Source: Chthoniobacterales bacterium
Lineage (GTDB): Bacteria; Verrucomicrobiota; Verrucomicrobiia; Chthoniobacterales; Chthoniobacteraceae
DNA: 64,000 bases
Direction of reading: 5' to 3'
NCBI GenBank assembly: GCA_038207335.1
Contig: JBBQZX010000002.1
Location: forward strand, 256,001 to 320,000
The notes beneath the pieces were generated by a model. It worked only from the letters and a program-made list of their open reading frames with translations, made no database searches and was not told the origin of the DNA. How positions within the stretch are numbered: the first letter of the stretch is position 1; every line of letters starts with the position of its first letter. Shown here one piece after another: positions 19,540-30,500 of the stretch. The translations under genes were made by a program, and so were the position numbers.

Positions 19540-21222
19540 TTATTTCTTGCTCCGATCGCCGGGACGATACTCCTCGGCGGCTGCCGCGAAGGCTTGCTCG
19601 AGGCCGACCATGTCTTCGCCAGGCTTGATGCTGTCGAATGCGGCGGCTTCGCGCTTGATGTCTTCTTCGCTGTAGTTCGCCGCTTTCATCGAGAGGCCGA
19701 TGCGACGCTCGGTCTTATCGACCTTGATGACGCGCGCTTCGATCTCCTGCCCGACTTTGAGCACGTCCTTGATCTTCGCCACATGATCCTCGCTGATCTG
19801 CGAGATGTGGACGAGACCGTCGATCTCGCCATCGAGCGCGATGAATGCGCCGAATGCCGCGATCTTGCTGACCTTGCCTTTGACGAGGTCGCCGATCTTG
19901 TACTTCTGGTCGATGTCCTTCCACGGATCGCCCTCGAGTTGTTTCATGCCGAGGCTGATTCGCTGGTTCTGCTTGTCGATGTCGATGACCACCGCCTCGA
20001 TCTCGTCACCCTTTTTGATGACTTCGCTCGGGTGGTTAATCTTGCGCGTCCACGACATGTCGGAGACGTGCACCATGCCGTCGATGCCCTCTTCCATTTC
20101 GACGAATGCGCCGTAAGCGGTGAGGTTGCGGACCGTGCCTTTGACCTGCGCGCCGATCTGGTAGCGGCTCTCGATCGCGTCCCACGGATTGGGCTCCATC
20201 TGGCGCACGCCGAGGGAGATTTTCTGCTCCTCTTTGTTGACGCCGAGCACGATGGCTTCGACTTCCTGGCCCACGGTGAGCACGTCGGACGGGCGCGCGA
20301 TGCGCTTGGTCCATGACAACTCGGAGACGTGGATGAGACCCTCGACGCCTTCCTCGATTTCGACGAATGCGCCGTAAGGAACGAGGTTCGTGACCTTGCC
20401 CTTGACCTTCGCGCCGATGGGGAAACGCGCTTCGGTTTCGTTCCAGGGGTTCTTCTGGTTTTGTTTGAGGCCGAGCGAGACGCGCTCTTTTTCCTTGTTG
20501 ATGTCGAGGACGATGACTTCGAGTTCCTGCCCGACTTTGAGCAGTTCGCTCGGATGGCCGAGTCGGCCCCAAGTCATGTCGGTGATGTGGAGGAGTCCGT
20601 CCATGCCATCGAGGTCGATGAATGCGCCGAAGTCCGTGAGGTTCTTCACGGCACCCTTCACGGTGCTGCCGATCTTGATGGTATCGAGGAACGCCTGGCG
20701 CTTGCCTGCGCGCTCGGCCTCGATGATTTCGCGGCGCGAAAGGACGACGTTTTTGCGGTCGTCGTTGATCTTGACGATCTTGAAGTCGTAGGTGTTGCCG
20801 ACGAACTGCTGGAGATCTTTCGGGGGGACGATGTCGATCTGCGAGCCAGGCAGAAATGCCTCGACGCCGATGTTGACGGTGAGCCCGCCTTTGACCACGG
20901 CCTTGACCTTGCCTTTGATGAGACCGTCGCCTTGGAAGACCTTGACGATCTTCTCCCAGTTCTGGCGGTAAGCGGCTTTTTCCTTGGAAAGGATGACGGT
21001 GCCTTCGTCATTTTCGAGCCGGCACAGGAGCACTTCCACTTCGTCGCCGATTTGGAGATCGTCGATGTCATCAAACTCGCTGGAGGGGATGACGCCCTCG
21101 GATTTGTAGCCGATATCCACGAGCACTTCGCGCGGGCGAATCTCCAGGATGCGGCCCTTGACGATGCTACCCTCTTTAAAATCGCGCATCGACTTCGCGA
21201 TCAGGTCCTTCATTTCGATCAT
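19540..21222 (-). CDS. rpsA: 30S ribosomal protein S1
   Basis: Six S1 repeats (DIGYKSEGVIP, DFGAFIDL, PYGAFVEIEEG). The start is 21222 or 21213. Confidence 0.98.
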   Translation of the reverse strand: MIEMKDLIAKSMRDFKEGSIVKGRILEIRPREVLVDIGYKSEGVIPSSEFDDIDDLQIGDEVEVLLCRLENDEGTVILSKEKAAYRQNWEKIVKVFQGDGLIKGKVKAVVKGGLTVNIGVEAFLPGSQIDIVPPKDLQQFVGNTYDFKIVKINDDRKNVVLSRREIIEAERAGKRQAFLDTIKIGSTVKGAVKNLTDFGAFIDLDGMDGLLHITDMTWGRLGHPSELLKVGQELEVIVLDINKEKERVSLGLKQNQKNPWNETEARFPIGAKVKGKVTNLVPYGAFVEIEEGVEGLIHVSELSWTKRIARPSDVLTVGQEVEAIVLGVNKEEQKISLGVRQMEPNPWDAIESRYQIGAQVKGTVRNLTAYGAFVEMEEGIDGMVHVSDMSWTRKINHPSEVIKKGDEIEAVVIDIDKQNQRISLGMKQLEGDPWKDIDQKYKIGDLVKGKVSKIAAFGAFIALDGEIDGLVHISQISEDHVAKIKDVLKVGQEIEARVIKVDKTERRIGLSMKAANYSEEDIKREAAAFDSIKPGEDMVGLEQAFAAAAEEYRPGDRSKK

Positions 21223-21315
21223 GTGTATTTCACTGCAAGCCACGGGTTCCGGTTTTCCCAAATCCCCGGGCGTCTCATCTGAGCAGCCAAAATTAGCGGG
21301 GAGGAGGGGGCGGGG

Positions 21316-21343
21316 AAAGTAGGGAGCCGCGCGAGGAATGCAA
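21316..21343 (-). promoter_or_regulatory. Putative sigma70 promoter of rpsA
   Basis: Minus strand TTGCAT-N16-TACTTT. Confidence 0.55.
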
Positions 21344-21373
21344 GCGCACCTTTTGGGAAAATCTGAGAGCGTC

Positions 21374-22471
21374 TCAGTCTCGTGGGAAAACGTCGGAAAG
21401 TGGGGGCGCTGCTTTTGGCTCCGCAGCGCGGTAGTCTTCGCCGAGGAATTTTGCCAGCGTTTCCGCCATCTGCGCCTGTTTAACTGACTCGCACTCTTTT
21501 CGCTCTCCAAGCGGAGGCGTGTCGGGTCCGAGCACGGCACACCACCATTCGCCCGAGTGCGCGATTTTCTCCCCATGACTCGTCCAATCCGCGGTCAGCG
21601 CGCCGCGGCCGTGGTCCGTGGTGATGATGAGAGTTGTGCTGCCGCGATACTCCGGGAGAGCTTGGACTTTCTCCCAAAGCTCACCGATCCAGCGATCGAC
21701 GCGGTGCGCGGCTTCGAGGTAGCGATCATAGCGGCGCGCGTGCGCCCATTCGTCCGTCTCTCCGAAATTCACGTAAAGGACCCGGGGCTTATGTGCATCG
21801 ATGAACTCGAGCGCGGCTCGCTGCACGAACGCATCGTAGTGCTCGTCCGGCCAAGGCGAGGGAATGTCGGCCATGAGTTTTTCGAGTTCCGCGATGCGGG
21901 GCGAGGCCTCGCCGGATGCCGATTTTTGAAGCGTCGTGAACATCGGCAGATGACTGCGATCCACATTCAAAATCTCGCGCATCACGGTCCACCCGTTGCA
22001 GGCGAAGACTTTGCCCGCAAAACCCGGACGCCCGTTGAGCCATTCCAGCACACTCACGTTGGGATTCGGAATCGGCTTGTTGCTCGTGATGCGATCGTCG
22101 GCGTGGCCGGTCAGAAATTCGTTGTAGCCGGGATAGGAAAACCAAAGGTCATTCGTCACATCGCCGAGGCTGCCAGCATCGCGGTTGCCGAAGATTTGTC
22201 CCTGCTTCGCGACTGTGTCCCAAATGAACGGCAGCAGCTTGCCCCGCCGCGCATCCGGCCTGTCGCCTGCAAACTCCTGCGTCAAAGCTGCGGCATCCGT
22301 CACCCCGCCGGACTGCTTGTTCATCAACGTCGCATCCGCTCCACGAAAGACTTCCTGCCAGCGAAATCCATCCGTCGTGACGAGCAGCAAATGCCGCGTC
22401 TTCAACTCGGCGGCGCGTAAAGTCAAATCGCTCAGCAGGAGCACCAGCAAACAAGCAGACAACATTTTCAT
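21374..22471 (-). CDS. Alkaline phosphatase superfamily (metalloenzyme/phosphoglyceromutase-like) secreted protein
   Basis: VTTDGFRWQEVF, FSYPGYNE, ETDEWAH, TTDHGRG; signal peptide. Confidence 0.88.
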   Translation of the reverse strand: MKMLSACLLVLLLSDLTLRAAELKTRHLLLVTTDGFRWQEVFRGADATLMNKQSGGVTDAAALTQEFAGDRPDARRGKLLPFIWDTVAKQGQIFGNRDAGSLGDVTNDLWFSYPGYNEFLTGHADDRITSNKPIPNPNVSVLEWLNGRPGFAGKVFACNGWTVMREILNVDRSHLPMFTTLQKSASGEASPRIAELEKLMADIPSPWPDEHYDAFVQRAALEFIDAHKPRVLYVNFGETDEWAHARRYDRYLEAAHRVDRWIGELWEKVQALPEYRGSTTLIITTDHGRGALTADWTSHGEKIAHSGEWWCAVLGPDTPPLGERKECESVKQAQMAETLAKFLGEDYRAAEPKAAPPLSDVFPRD

Positions 22472-22597
22472 TCGCGCCAGCGAAACTCTTCGTAGGTCGA
22501 TCGACAAGACTCGGAAGACCTAGGGACTGCCAAATCGTTCATAAGAAACCTTGAAGCTGCGCGTTTTCCGATCTCTAAAGGCCGATCCCGTACGCAG

Positions 22598-22633
22598 AAC
22601 CGCTCTCGCCAGTGTGACCCAGCGAGAGCGGTT
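22598..22633. terminator. Terminator-like hairpin downstream of the giant-protein pair
   Basis: AACCGCTCTCGC-N12-GCGAGAGCGGTT, a perfect 12-bp stem. Confidence 0.7.
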
Positions 22634-22668
22634 TGTCTGAGGCAGGCTCGGCTTTGCGCCCCGCTCGG

Positions 22669-25600
22669 TTACAGGATGAAGACGCGGCCGATAAGGGTCA
22701 CGGGATTGCCGTTGAGGTCGGTGATGGCGGAAGCGATGAGCGCGCCATCGACGAGGCGGCCATTGCGCTCGGGCGTCGTGACTGGTGTGACGCCATCCGC
22801 AGCGATGTAGTCGAATGAGCCGAGCACCGGTTTGTCCGCCCCGACCACGCCGTTGAGGATCTTGATGCCCCGCGCCGCATGGATGACTGCGATCTGATCC
22901 ACATTTCCCGCCACCGCAGAGAGCAGGTTGCGCGCGGTGAGATCGACGAGGTCGCCGTTGCCGTCCCGAGTACGGAAGGTGGCAGGCTGCGTGATGAATT
23001 TCTGTTGCACCGGATCGTAGATGGGCTTGATCCCGCCGGCAGCGCCGACAACGACGCCGACGTTGCCGTCCGCATCGCTGAGCTCACCCGGGTTTTTCAA
23101 CGTCGCCGCTGGATTCGCGCGAATCTTATTTTCCACGAAGGCCGCGATCGTCTCTCCGGCGAAAATGTTGTTGTAACTCTTGATCGCGACGTTTGTCGCG
23201 ATGTTGCCGACGTCGCCGGTGATGAACGTATTGGCGATGTTCCCGCCGCGCCCGGCATAGACGACGTTGTCGAGCACGGTGCCATAATGGATCGAGCTTC
23301 CGCCATTGCCGGCGATGAGATCGACGTGCGCCTGGATGTTTCCGATCTGGTTGAAGCCAACGATGCTGCCGCCTTTGCCCGCCTGCCCAACGCGCCCGCC
23401 GAAGGATTTCAAACCCTGATCAGGACTCTGGTCGCGGAGCGCCCCAGTCGAGTCGCGTTCGGTATTTGGGACGAATGCCGAAGCATCGCCACCGTCGCCA
23501 GCGACGACGAGCAACTTCACGAGCGTGGAGGCGCGGAGTTCCACAGTCGAGGTACGGACGCTTCCGCCCAAGCCGCCTTGAGTGAGGCCGTCGCCGCCGG
23601 CACCACCGATCAGGACGTATCCGCCGTCGCTGGCGCTGGTGATTAGATCGAACACGTCGCCGCCGTCGCCGCCCAATGCACCGGCACTGGACCCGCCGTT
23701 GCCCGCGAGGACCCGGTTGTAGTTATAAGGCTGGAGCTTCGGCGCATTGGCGACGCCCTTGGTCGGGACGTTGACGCTGCTGACGCTGCCACCTTTGCCG
23801 CCACTGCCCGATGTGCCCGAACCTCCATGTCCCGCGACGGCGCTGAAGCCTGCCGGCTTCACGTTGTCACCAGTTGAGGGCGGTTGGAAGAGGAAGTTTG
23901 AAATCGAGCCGCCGTCGCCGCCCCGAGTGCCGCCGCCGCCGTTGCCGGCGATGAGCGCGATGTCCGAGGTGAGGATGCTGCCGACATTCGGGCTGGAGTT
24001 CGAGATGCTGCCACCTTTTCCACCTGAGCCAGCGACCGCGTTGCCGCCGTCGCCTGCCTCCATACGGAAGAAGGTGCCGTCAACCTCCTGCAGAAGCGGA
24101 GTAATGCCACCGATTTTCGTGCGGAAGCTGCTGATCGAACCGCCGTTGCCACCGCCGCGGGTGCCGCTGCCGCCGTCGCCAGCGAGCGCGGTGAAGGACT
24201 TATTTCCATTATTGCCATTCGCCGCGAGTTGATGAGGAATCAAGGAGTCGAAGATGTAAGCTCCCGCGCCGAGATTGGTGCCGTTGCCGATGATCGAGCC
24301 ACCGTTGCCACCGATGGAGCCGCTGCCGCCCTTGCCGGCAGTCCAACTGTAGCCGCCGTAGATCGAGTCAGCTGCAAGGCTGCCGCCGTCGCCGCCGGTG
24401 CCGGAGACACCGCGTCCACCGTCGCCAGCGCGGAGGGTCACATCCGCCTCGCCGCGAGAGACGACACCGATGATTCCGCCGCCCTTGCCGCCTTTCGCAA
24501 AGCCGTCGCCGCCCTTTCCGGCCACCAAATCAATGGTTCCGTCGATGAAAAACTGCAACGAGCCCACGAGATCTTGCGAACTGGAAGCCACCATCGTGAG
24601 CGGATCGACGGTGGTAAATGTGGTCAGCTTGCTACCGATGCCGAGCCCGCCGCCGAGTCCACCGGTGCCGACGATGGAATTTCCACCGTCACCCGCCAAG
24701 ACGCTGTAACCGAGCTGGACATTACTGAGCGAAGCGCCTCGGCCTCCGAATCGAGCGGAAATCAAGTCGTTGAAACCGATGTTGCTATTGTTGTATCCGC
24801 TAAATATTACCGGTTTGGCGATGTCGTTAAGGTCCGGGTACCACACATCGGAGAGATGTGGCGAATTCGGGTCCGGGATATTGGGTAGGGAGTTGATCTC
24901 ATCCAAGTAGATTGACGGTGTAGCTGCCCCCTCCACGAACTGAATCGTCACTGCAGAGTAGGTGAAGATGTTGCCAAAGATCGCGATCTGATTGACGACA
25001 CCATCACCGTCGGCATCGACGGAAACGATCGAAGCTCCGACGTTTGGTCGGAAATTGTCACCGAGGTAGTTGCCGGCATTTTGGGCCACATCATCTGAAA
25101 CGTCAATCCCATTTCCCAATCCATCGCCGAGGGAGCCAACGTAAAAACCAAATCCAGCTGTATCGCCCGTGATCGCGATCACATCGGCGGCGCCATCACT
25201 GTTATAGTCAAGAATCGTGAAATCCAACGGGAAGGCACCTTCCAGTGAAATGCCAGGACCACGATCCGTATCGACGACCCCCAGACTGAAGAACCCTGTG
25301 TTGACGGGCGGCGTGGCGACATACTTTCCACCCGCAAAGGTGCTCGCGCGGGTTTGGTAATCAACGGTGAAGGCGACATTAAAATACGAACCCCCATCGC
25401 CGCCCAGATCTCGGCTGGCAACGAGCAGAACGTCGTGATCCGAGGTGGTCGTAAGAGCCGTCGCCTCAATCATCGCGTGGCCAGGCGTGCCACTCGTAAA
25501 TGCAGTGATATACGGGAGCCGCGGGTCCGGCGCCGTGTCACCATCCGGCGTCCTGATTCGTTTGGAGCCATAATCGGCGTAGAACTGACCCGTCAGCGAA

Positions 25601-27570
25601 GTCCTGCCAGTGAGATCATTTTTCTCGGCATCCTGCGTCATGAAGACGATGACCTGCCGCCCTTGGTAAGTCGCAGAAACTGCAAGCTCCATGACTCCGT
25701 CGCCATCAAAATCACCCGCGGCGATGTCGCTGATCGCCACCGGTCCGGCAGCGTAGAGGTAATCCTGAACCGGGAAAGGAAGCGGTTTCGAGCCGTTGTA
25801 GGGCTTCGGGTCGATCACCGTATCCGTGTCGAAGCCGTTCAGTTGCGGCAACGGGCTGAAGCGGACGTCGTAGAAGCCAAGGAAGTCGTTGATGCCGTCG
25901 GCGTTGAGATCCTCGGAACTGTCGAGGACGCCATCGTTGTTCAAATCCTCGTATTTCGCCAAAAAGACCGCGATACCCGACCGATTGCTCGCGTCGATGG
26001 AACCGACTGCAATGTCGAGGTGCCCGTCGCCATTGAGATCGGCGACAGTGATCGACTCGGCATTGCGCACGCCGGAGAGATAGATGCGGTTCTTGTTAAA
26101 AGCGCGTTGGTCGGCAGCAGCATTGGGGTCGTAGCCGATGGCGTTCGGATCGGTCTTGGCGGCACCGAAGACAACGACGAGCTGCGAGTTATCGACCGTG
26201 GAGTAAACGAAATCGCCATAGACATCGTTATTGAAATCGACGGCTTGGTGCGTGCCGATTTGGCCGACGTTGTTGATAGGATCGGCTGGATCGTAGGTGG
26301 ACTGGTGATACGTGCCGAAGCCCGCACCAGCGTTGTAATCGGTGACTTTCTGCGTGAAGACACCAGTGAGCAGGCTCGCGCCCGCACCGCCGGAGGTGAA
26401 GCCGGAACCGCCATCGCCGAGATTGATGCTGACGAAGCCGAGAATGTTGACGGTTTCGAATTTGAAGTCGCCCGCATCGCCGCCTGCGCCCGTGGTGCCG
26501 GTGCCGCCGGAGCCGCTCTGGATGAGCACTTTGCTCGTGTGGGAGCCAAGATCGCTGAAGCCGGTGATGGATCCACCGTGTCCACCCGTCGGCCCTTTAC
26601 CTCCGTTGCCGGCGATCACCTCGTAGCCACCGCTGTCGTCCGCGTTGAGCTCCGTGCCGATCACGTTTCCACCGTCGCCGCCGATGCCGCCGTCGCCCGC
26701 GATGATCGAGTTGAAGTTGAATACAGTCGTGGCATTCGCCGAGCGTACGAAAGCAACGTCCGCACCGTGCTGTCCCGGCTGAGGGATGAATTTCAGGAGC
26801 GTGCCGGCGATGTCGTCATTGCGCGAGATGCCGTAGCTGAGCCACTGACCGGAGACTGCGGTGCCGACTTTGATCGAGCCGATGGTGGGATGCACCTCGG
26901 ACGCGCCGAGCAGGACGCCGGGATAAGTGGTCGCGCCTGTGGAATCGATGATGAGCCCGCTGGTCGGATCGGTCGCGAGACCAAAGCCTTTGCCGGCGTA
27001 GATATTCCCAAAAATCGAGAAGCTCGTCGGAGCGGCGCGTAGCGCGACGTCCGCGTCGTCCACAATGCCGTCATTGTTTTGATCAGGAATATCGGCGGTG
27101 GTGAGCGTCCGAAGCTCGATCTTCTCAATCGTCTTGTTCAGGATGACGAGACCGTCGCCCTTGAGCGAAGTGGAGTTGTTGATTCCGTTGTTGTCGGAAT
27201 CGCTGAGCGTCAGCACCGGCCCGAACGAAGCATTTGCCTCGCGCAGATTCGTGGCGATGTCGCCGTGGACATCCGAGAAAAGGATGATGCGCGTTCCATC
27301 TCCGGCGGCGATGCCAGTGATCTCGTTTTCGTCGAGCGACCCGTTGTTATTAAGATCGGTGGTGAAAACGAGGATGTTACCTTTTTCGACGAAAAGGAGG
27401 TAGGCACCGGCTTTGTCGCCAGCGGTACCGAGACCTTCACCTGCGTGAAGCTCAAAGACGTCGCCGGCCTGGCCGGTCTTCCAGATTGCCGACGCGACGG
27501 GGCTGACCGCCGCGGGGGCGATGCGAGCTTCGAGGGGTTCGGGGCAGCCGAATGAGGATGTATGGCGCAT
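22669..27570 (-). CDS. Giant Gly-rich repeat protein with LEPRxLL-like N-terminus and internal FG-GAP/VCBS repeats
   Basis: PEPLEARIAPA; many AGxGG..GGxGG units; VADLNGDGHLDIAVG and AGDFDGDGVMELAV. Confidence 0.88.
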   Translation of the reverse strand: MRHTSSFGCPEPLEARIAPAAVSPVASAIWKTGQAGDVFELHAGEGLGTAGDKAGAYLLFVEKGNILVFTTDLNNNGSLDENEITGIAAGDGTRIILFSDVHGDIATNLREANASFGPVLTLSDSDNNGINNSTSLKGDGLVILNKTIEKIELRTLTTADIPDQNNDGIVDDADVALRAAPTSFSIFGNIYAGKGFGLATDPTSGLIIDSTGATTYPGVLLGASEVHPTIGSIKVGTAVSGQWLSYGISRNDDIAGTLLKFIPQPGQHGADVAFVRSANATTVFNFNSIIAGDGGIGGDGGNVIGTELNADDSGGYEVIAGNGGKGPTGGHGGSITGFSDLGSHTSKVLIQSGSGGTGTTGAGGDAGDFKFETVNILGFVSINLGDGGSGFTSGGAGASLLTGVFTQKVTDYNAGAGFGTYHQSTYDPADPINNVGQIGTHQAVDFNNDVYGDFVYSTVDNSQLVVVFGAAKTDPNAIGYDPNAAADQRAFNKNRIYLSGVRNAESITVADLNGDGHLDIAVGSIDASNRSGIAVFLAKYEDLNNDGVLDSSEDLNADGINDFLGFYDVRFSPLPQLNGFDTDTVIDPKPYNGSKPLPFPVQDYLYAAGPVAISDIAAGDFDGDGVMELAVSATYQGRQVIVFMTQDAEKNDLTGRTSLTGQFYADYGSKRIRTPDGDTAPDPRLPYITAFTSGTPGHAMIEATALTTTSDHDVLLVASRDLGGDGGSYFNVAFTVDYQTRASTFAGGKYVATPPVNTGFFSLGVVDTDRGPGISLEGAFPLDFTILDYNSDGAADVIAITGDTAGFGFYVGSLGDGLGNGIDVSDDVAQNAGNYLGDNFRPNVGASIVSVDADGDGVVNQIAIFGNIFTYSAVTIQFVEGAATPSIYLDEINSLPNIPDPNSPHLSDVWYPDLNDIAKPVIFSGYNNSNIGFNDLISARFGGRGASLSNVQLGYSVLAGDGGNSIVGTGGLGGGLGIGSKLTTFTTVDPLTMVASSSQDLVGSLQFFIDGTIDLVAGKGGDGFAKGGKGGGIIGVVSRGEADVTLRAGDGGRGVSGTGGDGGSLAADSIYGGYSWTAGKGGSGSIGGNGGSIIGNGTNLGAGAYIFDSLIPHQLAANGNNGNKSFTALAGDGGSGTRGGGNGGSISSFRTKIGGITPLLQEVDGTFFRMEAGDGGNAVAGSGGKGGSISNSSPNVGSILTSDIALIAGNGGGGTRGGDGGSISNFLFQPPSTGDNVKPAGFSAVAGHGGSGTSGSGGKGGSVSSVNVPTKGVANAPKLQPYNYNRVLAGNGGSSAGALGGDGGDVFDLITSASDGGYVLIGGAGGDGLTQGGLGGSVRTSTVELRASTLVKLLVVAGDGGDASAFVPNTERDSTGALRDQSPDQGLKSFGGRVGQAGKGGSIVGFNQIGNIQAHVDLIAGNGGSSIHYGTVLDNVVYAGRGGNIANTFITGDVGNIATNVAIKSYNNIFAGETIAAFVENKIRANPAATLKNPGELSDADGNVGVVVGAAGGIKPIYDPVQQKFITQPATFRTRDGNGDLVDLTARNLLSAVAGNVDQIAVIHAARGIKILNGVVGADKPVLGSFDYIAADGVTPVTTPERNGRLVDGALIASAITDLNGNPVTLIGRVFIL

Positions 27571-27593
27571 AAGATTAGAGGGTATTCGGAGGA

Positions 27594-30500
27594 TTAGGGA
27601 AAGACGGTGAAGAGGTTGTCGTGGTCGAAGAGCGAAATGCCGTTGTAGTAGGCCTCTGGCGTGAAGTTGAGGTTCTTCTGGACGAGCACTTTCGCAGCGA
27701 TGAGCCCGTCGATGACGGTATCGCCCGCGTCGATCTGCCCGTTGCTGTTGGCATCGGTCCAGTTGAACTTGTTGCCGTCTTCGCGAGTCGGATCCATCGC
27801 GGCACCGACGAGGTTGCCAACGGCATACCGGGCTGCGATGTAGGCGCGATATTTCGGATCGCCCGTAGTTTCGGTGGTATCGAGGTCGCCTTGGGCAACA
27901 TCAAGGAGATCGGTGACGATCGAGAGTGTGTTGCTCGTATATTGGCCGATGATGATGTTATCGACCTTCTCGACGAGCTGCGGCAGCGCGCCTTTTCCGG
28001 CGACAATCGCCGCGATCGACTGCGCCACGACGCCCGTGACGTTGCCCGCGAGCCCGGCCTTGCCCCGCGCATCCGATGCCGTGCCTCCCGCTCCCGCGAA
28101 GAGTCCGCCCATTGTGGTGTATCCGTAGGCTTGGCCACTGCGGACGCCGACATCGAGATTGGACACCTTGAGATCGTTAATCGTGCCACCGAGCCCTCCC
28201 TTTTTCACTGCCGAGCCGCCGTCGCCCGCGGCGACGCTGCGGAAGATTGTGCCGGCGTCAATATTCTGGAGTGAAACGGCGTTCACCGATCCTCCTTTGC
28301 CGCCATTTTTCGCGACATCGCTGGAACCGCCATCGCCTGCCGTGATCGTGAGAAGCGCGCCGAGATGTCCACCGCGCTCGAGGATAAGCCCGTTGATCGA
28401 GCCTCCCGCTCCGGTCTTATTAACGCCAGGGGTCCCACCACCGTTGCCTGCTGCGATGGTGGTGGTGAACATCGGCGGTATCGCCTGCGTCGTGTCGGTG
28501 CTCGCGACCGCTCCGACCACGTCGAAGATCGAGCCGCCTGAGCCGGCTTTGCTGCCCTCCGCCGAGCCGTTCCCGGCTTGGATCGTGATGTTGCCGATCG
28601 GTGTAGGCGTCAGATCCTCCTCCGCACTGCCGTAGCCGAGATATTTAATCGAACCGCCGCTGCCGCCATGCGTGCCATTGCCGGCATTCACCATGAGGTC
28701 ATTCTTTGCAAAAAGGCCCGATTGCTTGTCCGAAGAGGTGCCTTGGATGTTCCCGCCGTTTCCAGCACCGACGCCGTTCAAGCCGCCATTGCCAGCCTGC
28801 AAAATGCCTGTCCCCACACTGGAAAACCCACCCGAAACGAGGATCGAGCCTCCGGTGCCCGCGGCTTTCAAGTCGCCGCTTCCGCCATCGCCCGCAGTGA
28901 GGCTGACAGAGCCCTTCGCGTTGAGATTCGCCGAGCGAATGTCTCCGCCTTTTCCACCACTGCCCTTTTTCCCGGCACCATCGCCACCGACGCCGGAACG
29001 CAGGGCACCTGTCACAGGCAAACCGTTCACGGAATCGTCGATCGAAACCGCGAGTCCGTCGATCGTCCCGCCGTTGCCGCCTTTGCCGTTCAAAGTCGCG
29101 TTGCCGCCATGGCCCGCTTGAAGGTCAGCGGTCAGATCCTGCGCATCGACGTTCGATTTCGTGACCGCACCGCCATTGCCGCCTCCCTTTTCGCCATTTC
29201 CACCGTCGCCGGCGCGCAGTGTGAAGTCGCCTTGGAAGCTATTGGCACCGGTGCTGTCGAAATCGGAAATCCGCAGCAGATTCACCGTGCCACCGTTGCC
29301 GCCACGCCCGCCCGTGCTGTCGCCACCGTTCGCTTGAGTGCCTTGGTTGACCCGCAGCACCGAGAAGTCACCGTTGACGACAAGAACGTCGTTGATCTGG
29401 CCGCCGTTGCCACCGTTGCCACCCGTTCCGTCGCCGCCGAAGCCGGCGCTGATTTCCGCGTTATGCGCGAGCACCGTCTCGCCTTGCTCGATAGTGATGC
29501 TTTTGAGCGAGCCACCAAGTCCGCCCGTTTTTCCGGGAGAACCGTCGCCACCGATAATCCGGAAATCCGAGCCGAGCACCGTGATGTCCGTGAGATTGCC
29601 GCCGTTACCGCCTTTCGCAAACGTCAGAGCCGCGCCGCCAGCGCCACCTTGCAACAAGAGATCGCTATCCGGTGTGAGAACGTTGTTGCTGATGTCGGCA
29701 TTGGACACCGAGCCGCCATTGCCCGCCTTACCCGATTTAGCAAAGACGTTATTTCCACCTGCTCCGCCGATCACCGCGAACTCATCGCCCGCGATATCGC
29801 CCGTGGAGTAGCGCGCAGTGACGCCGGTAACACTCGCTCCGCTGCCACCGTTTTTCCCGTCCCCACCCGCACCGCCAGCGATCAAATAGTTATCGATCGG
29901 CAATTCATCGCTAAAGAACGGCTTGCCGGAGAGAAGCTGGTATCCGACGAATACATTGCTGATCTTCCCGCCTGCGCCGCCCTTCCCGGAAACCGAACTG
30001 CCGCCATTGCCGGATAGGATCTGCACAAGATCGTTCGGGGTCGGATCGCTCTTCGCGCCAGCGATCAGCACGTTATTGATCGTGCCGCCAGCCCCGCCCG
30101 TGTTATTCGCATTCAGACCGTCTCCACCCCCGCCAGATTTCAAAATGAAACCATCGGAGTCGGAGGTGACCTGAATCTTGTCAAGCGAGCCACCCTTCGC
30201 GTTGTTACCACCGACGCCCGCCTCGATGAGCGAACCGTAGTTGCCAGAAAGAGGATCGGAGTCGTCCACCACGTAGCCCGCGACGCCATTCACGGACACA
30301 TTCGTGATGCTCGGGCCCGTCTTTTTGATCGGCTGCACGACATTCAACACTCCATCGCCACCCGCCACACCAGGGAAGAAATCGATGCGATGCCCGCTCG
30401 CCGCTGTCCCGGTCAGGATCGAACCGACATTGCCATTTACGACGACGTTTTGAATGTTCCCGCCGGAGATGATCGCACGTCCCACGCCGCCGCCGCCGAC

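Noticed and set aside
21223..21576. N-terminal extension of RpsA in the ORF track
   Set aside because: It overlaps the upstream gene and a plausible promoter; S1 homology starts at about MIEMKDL.
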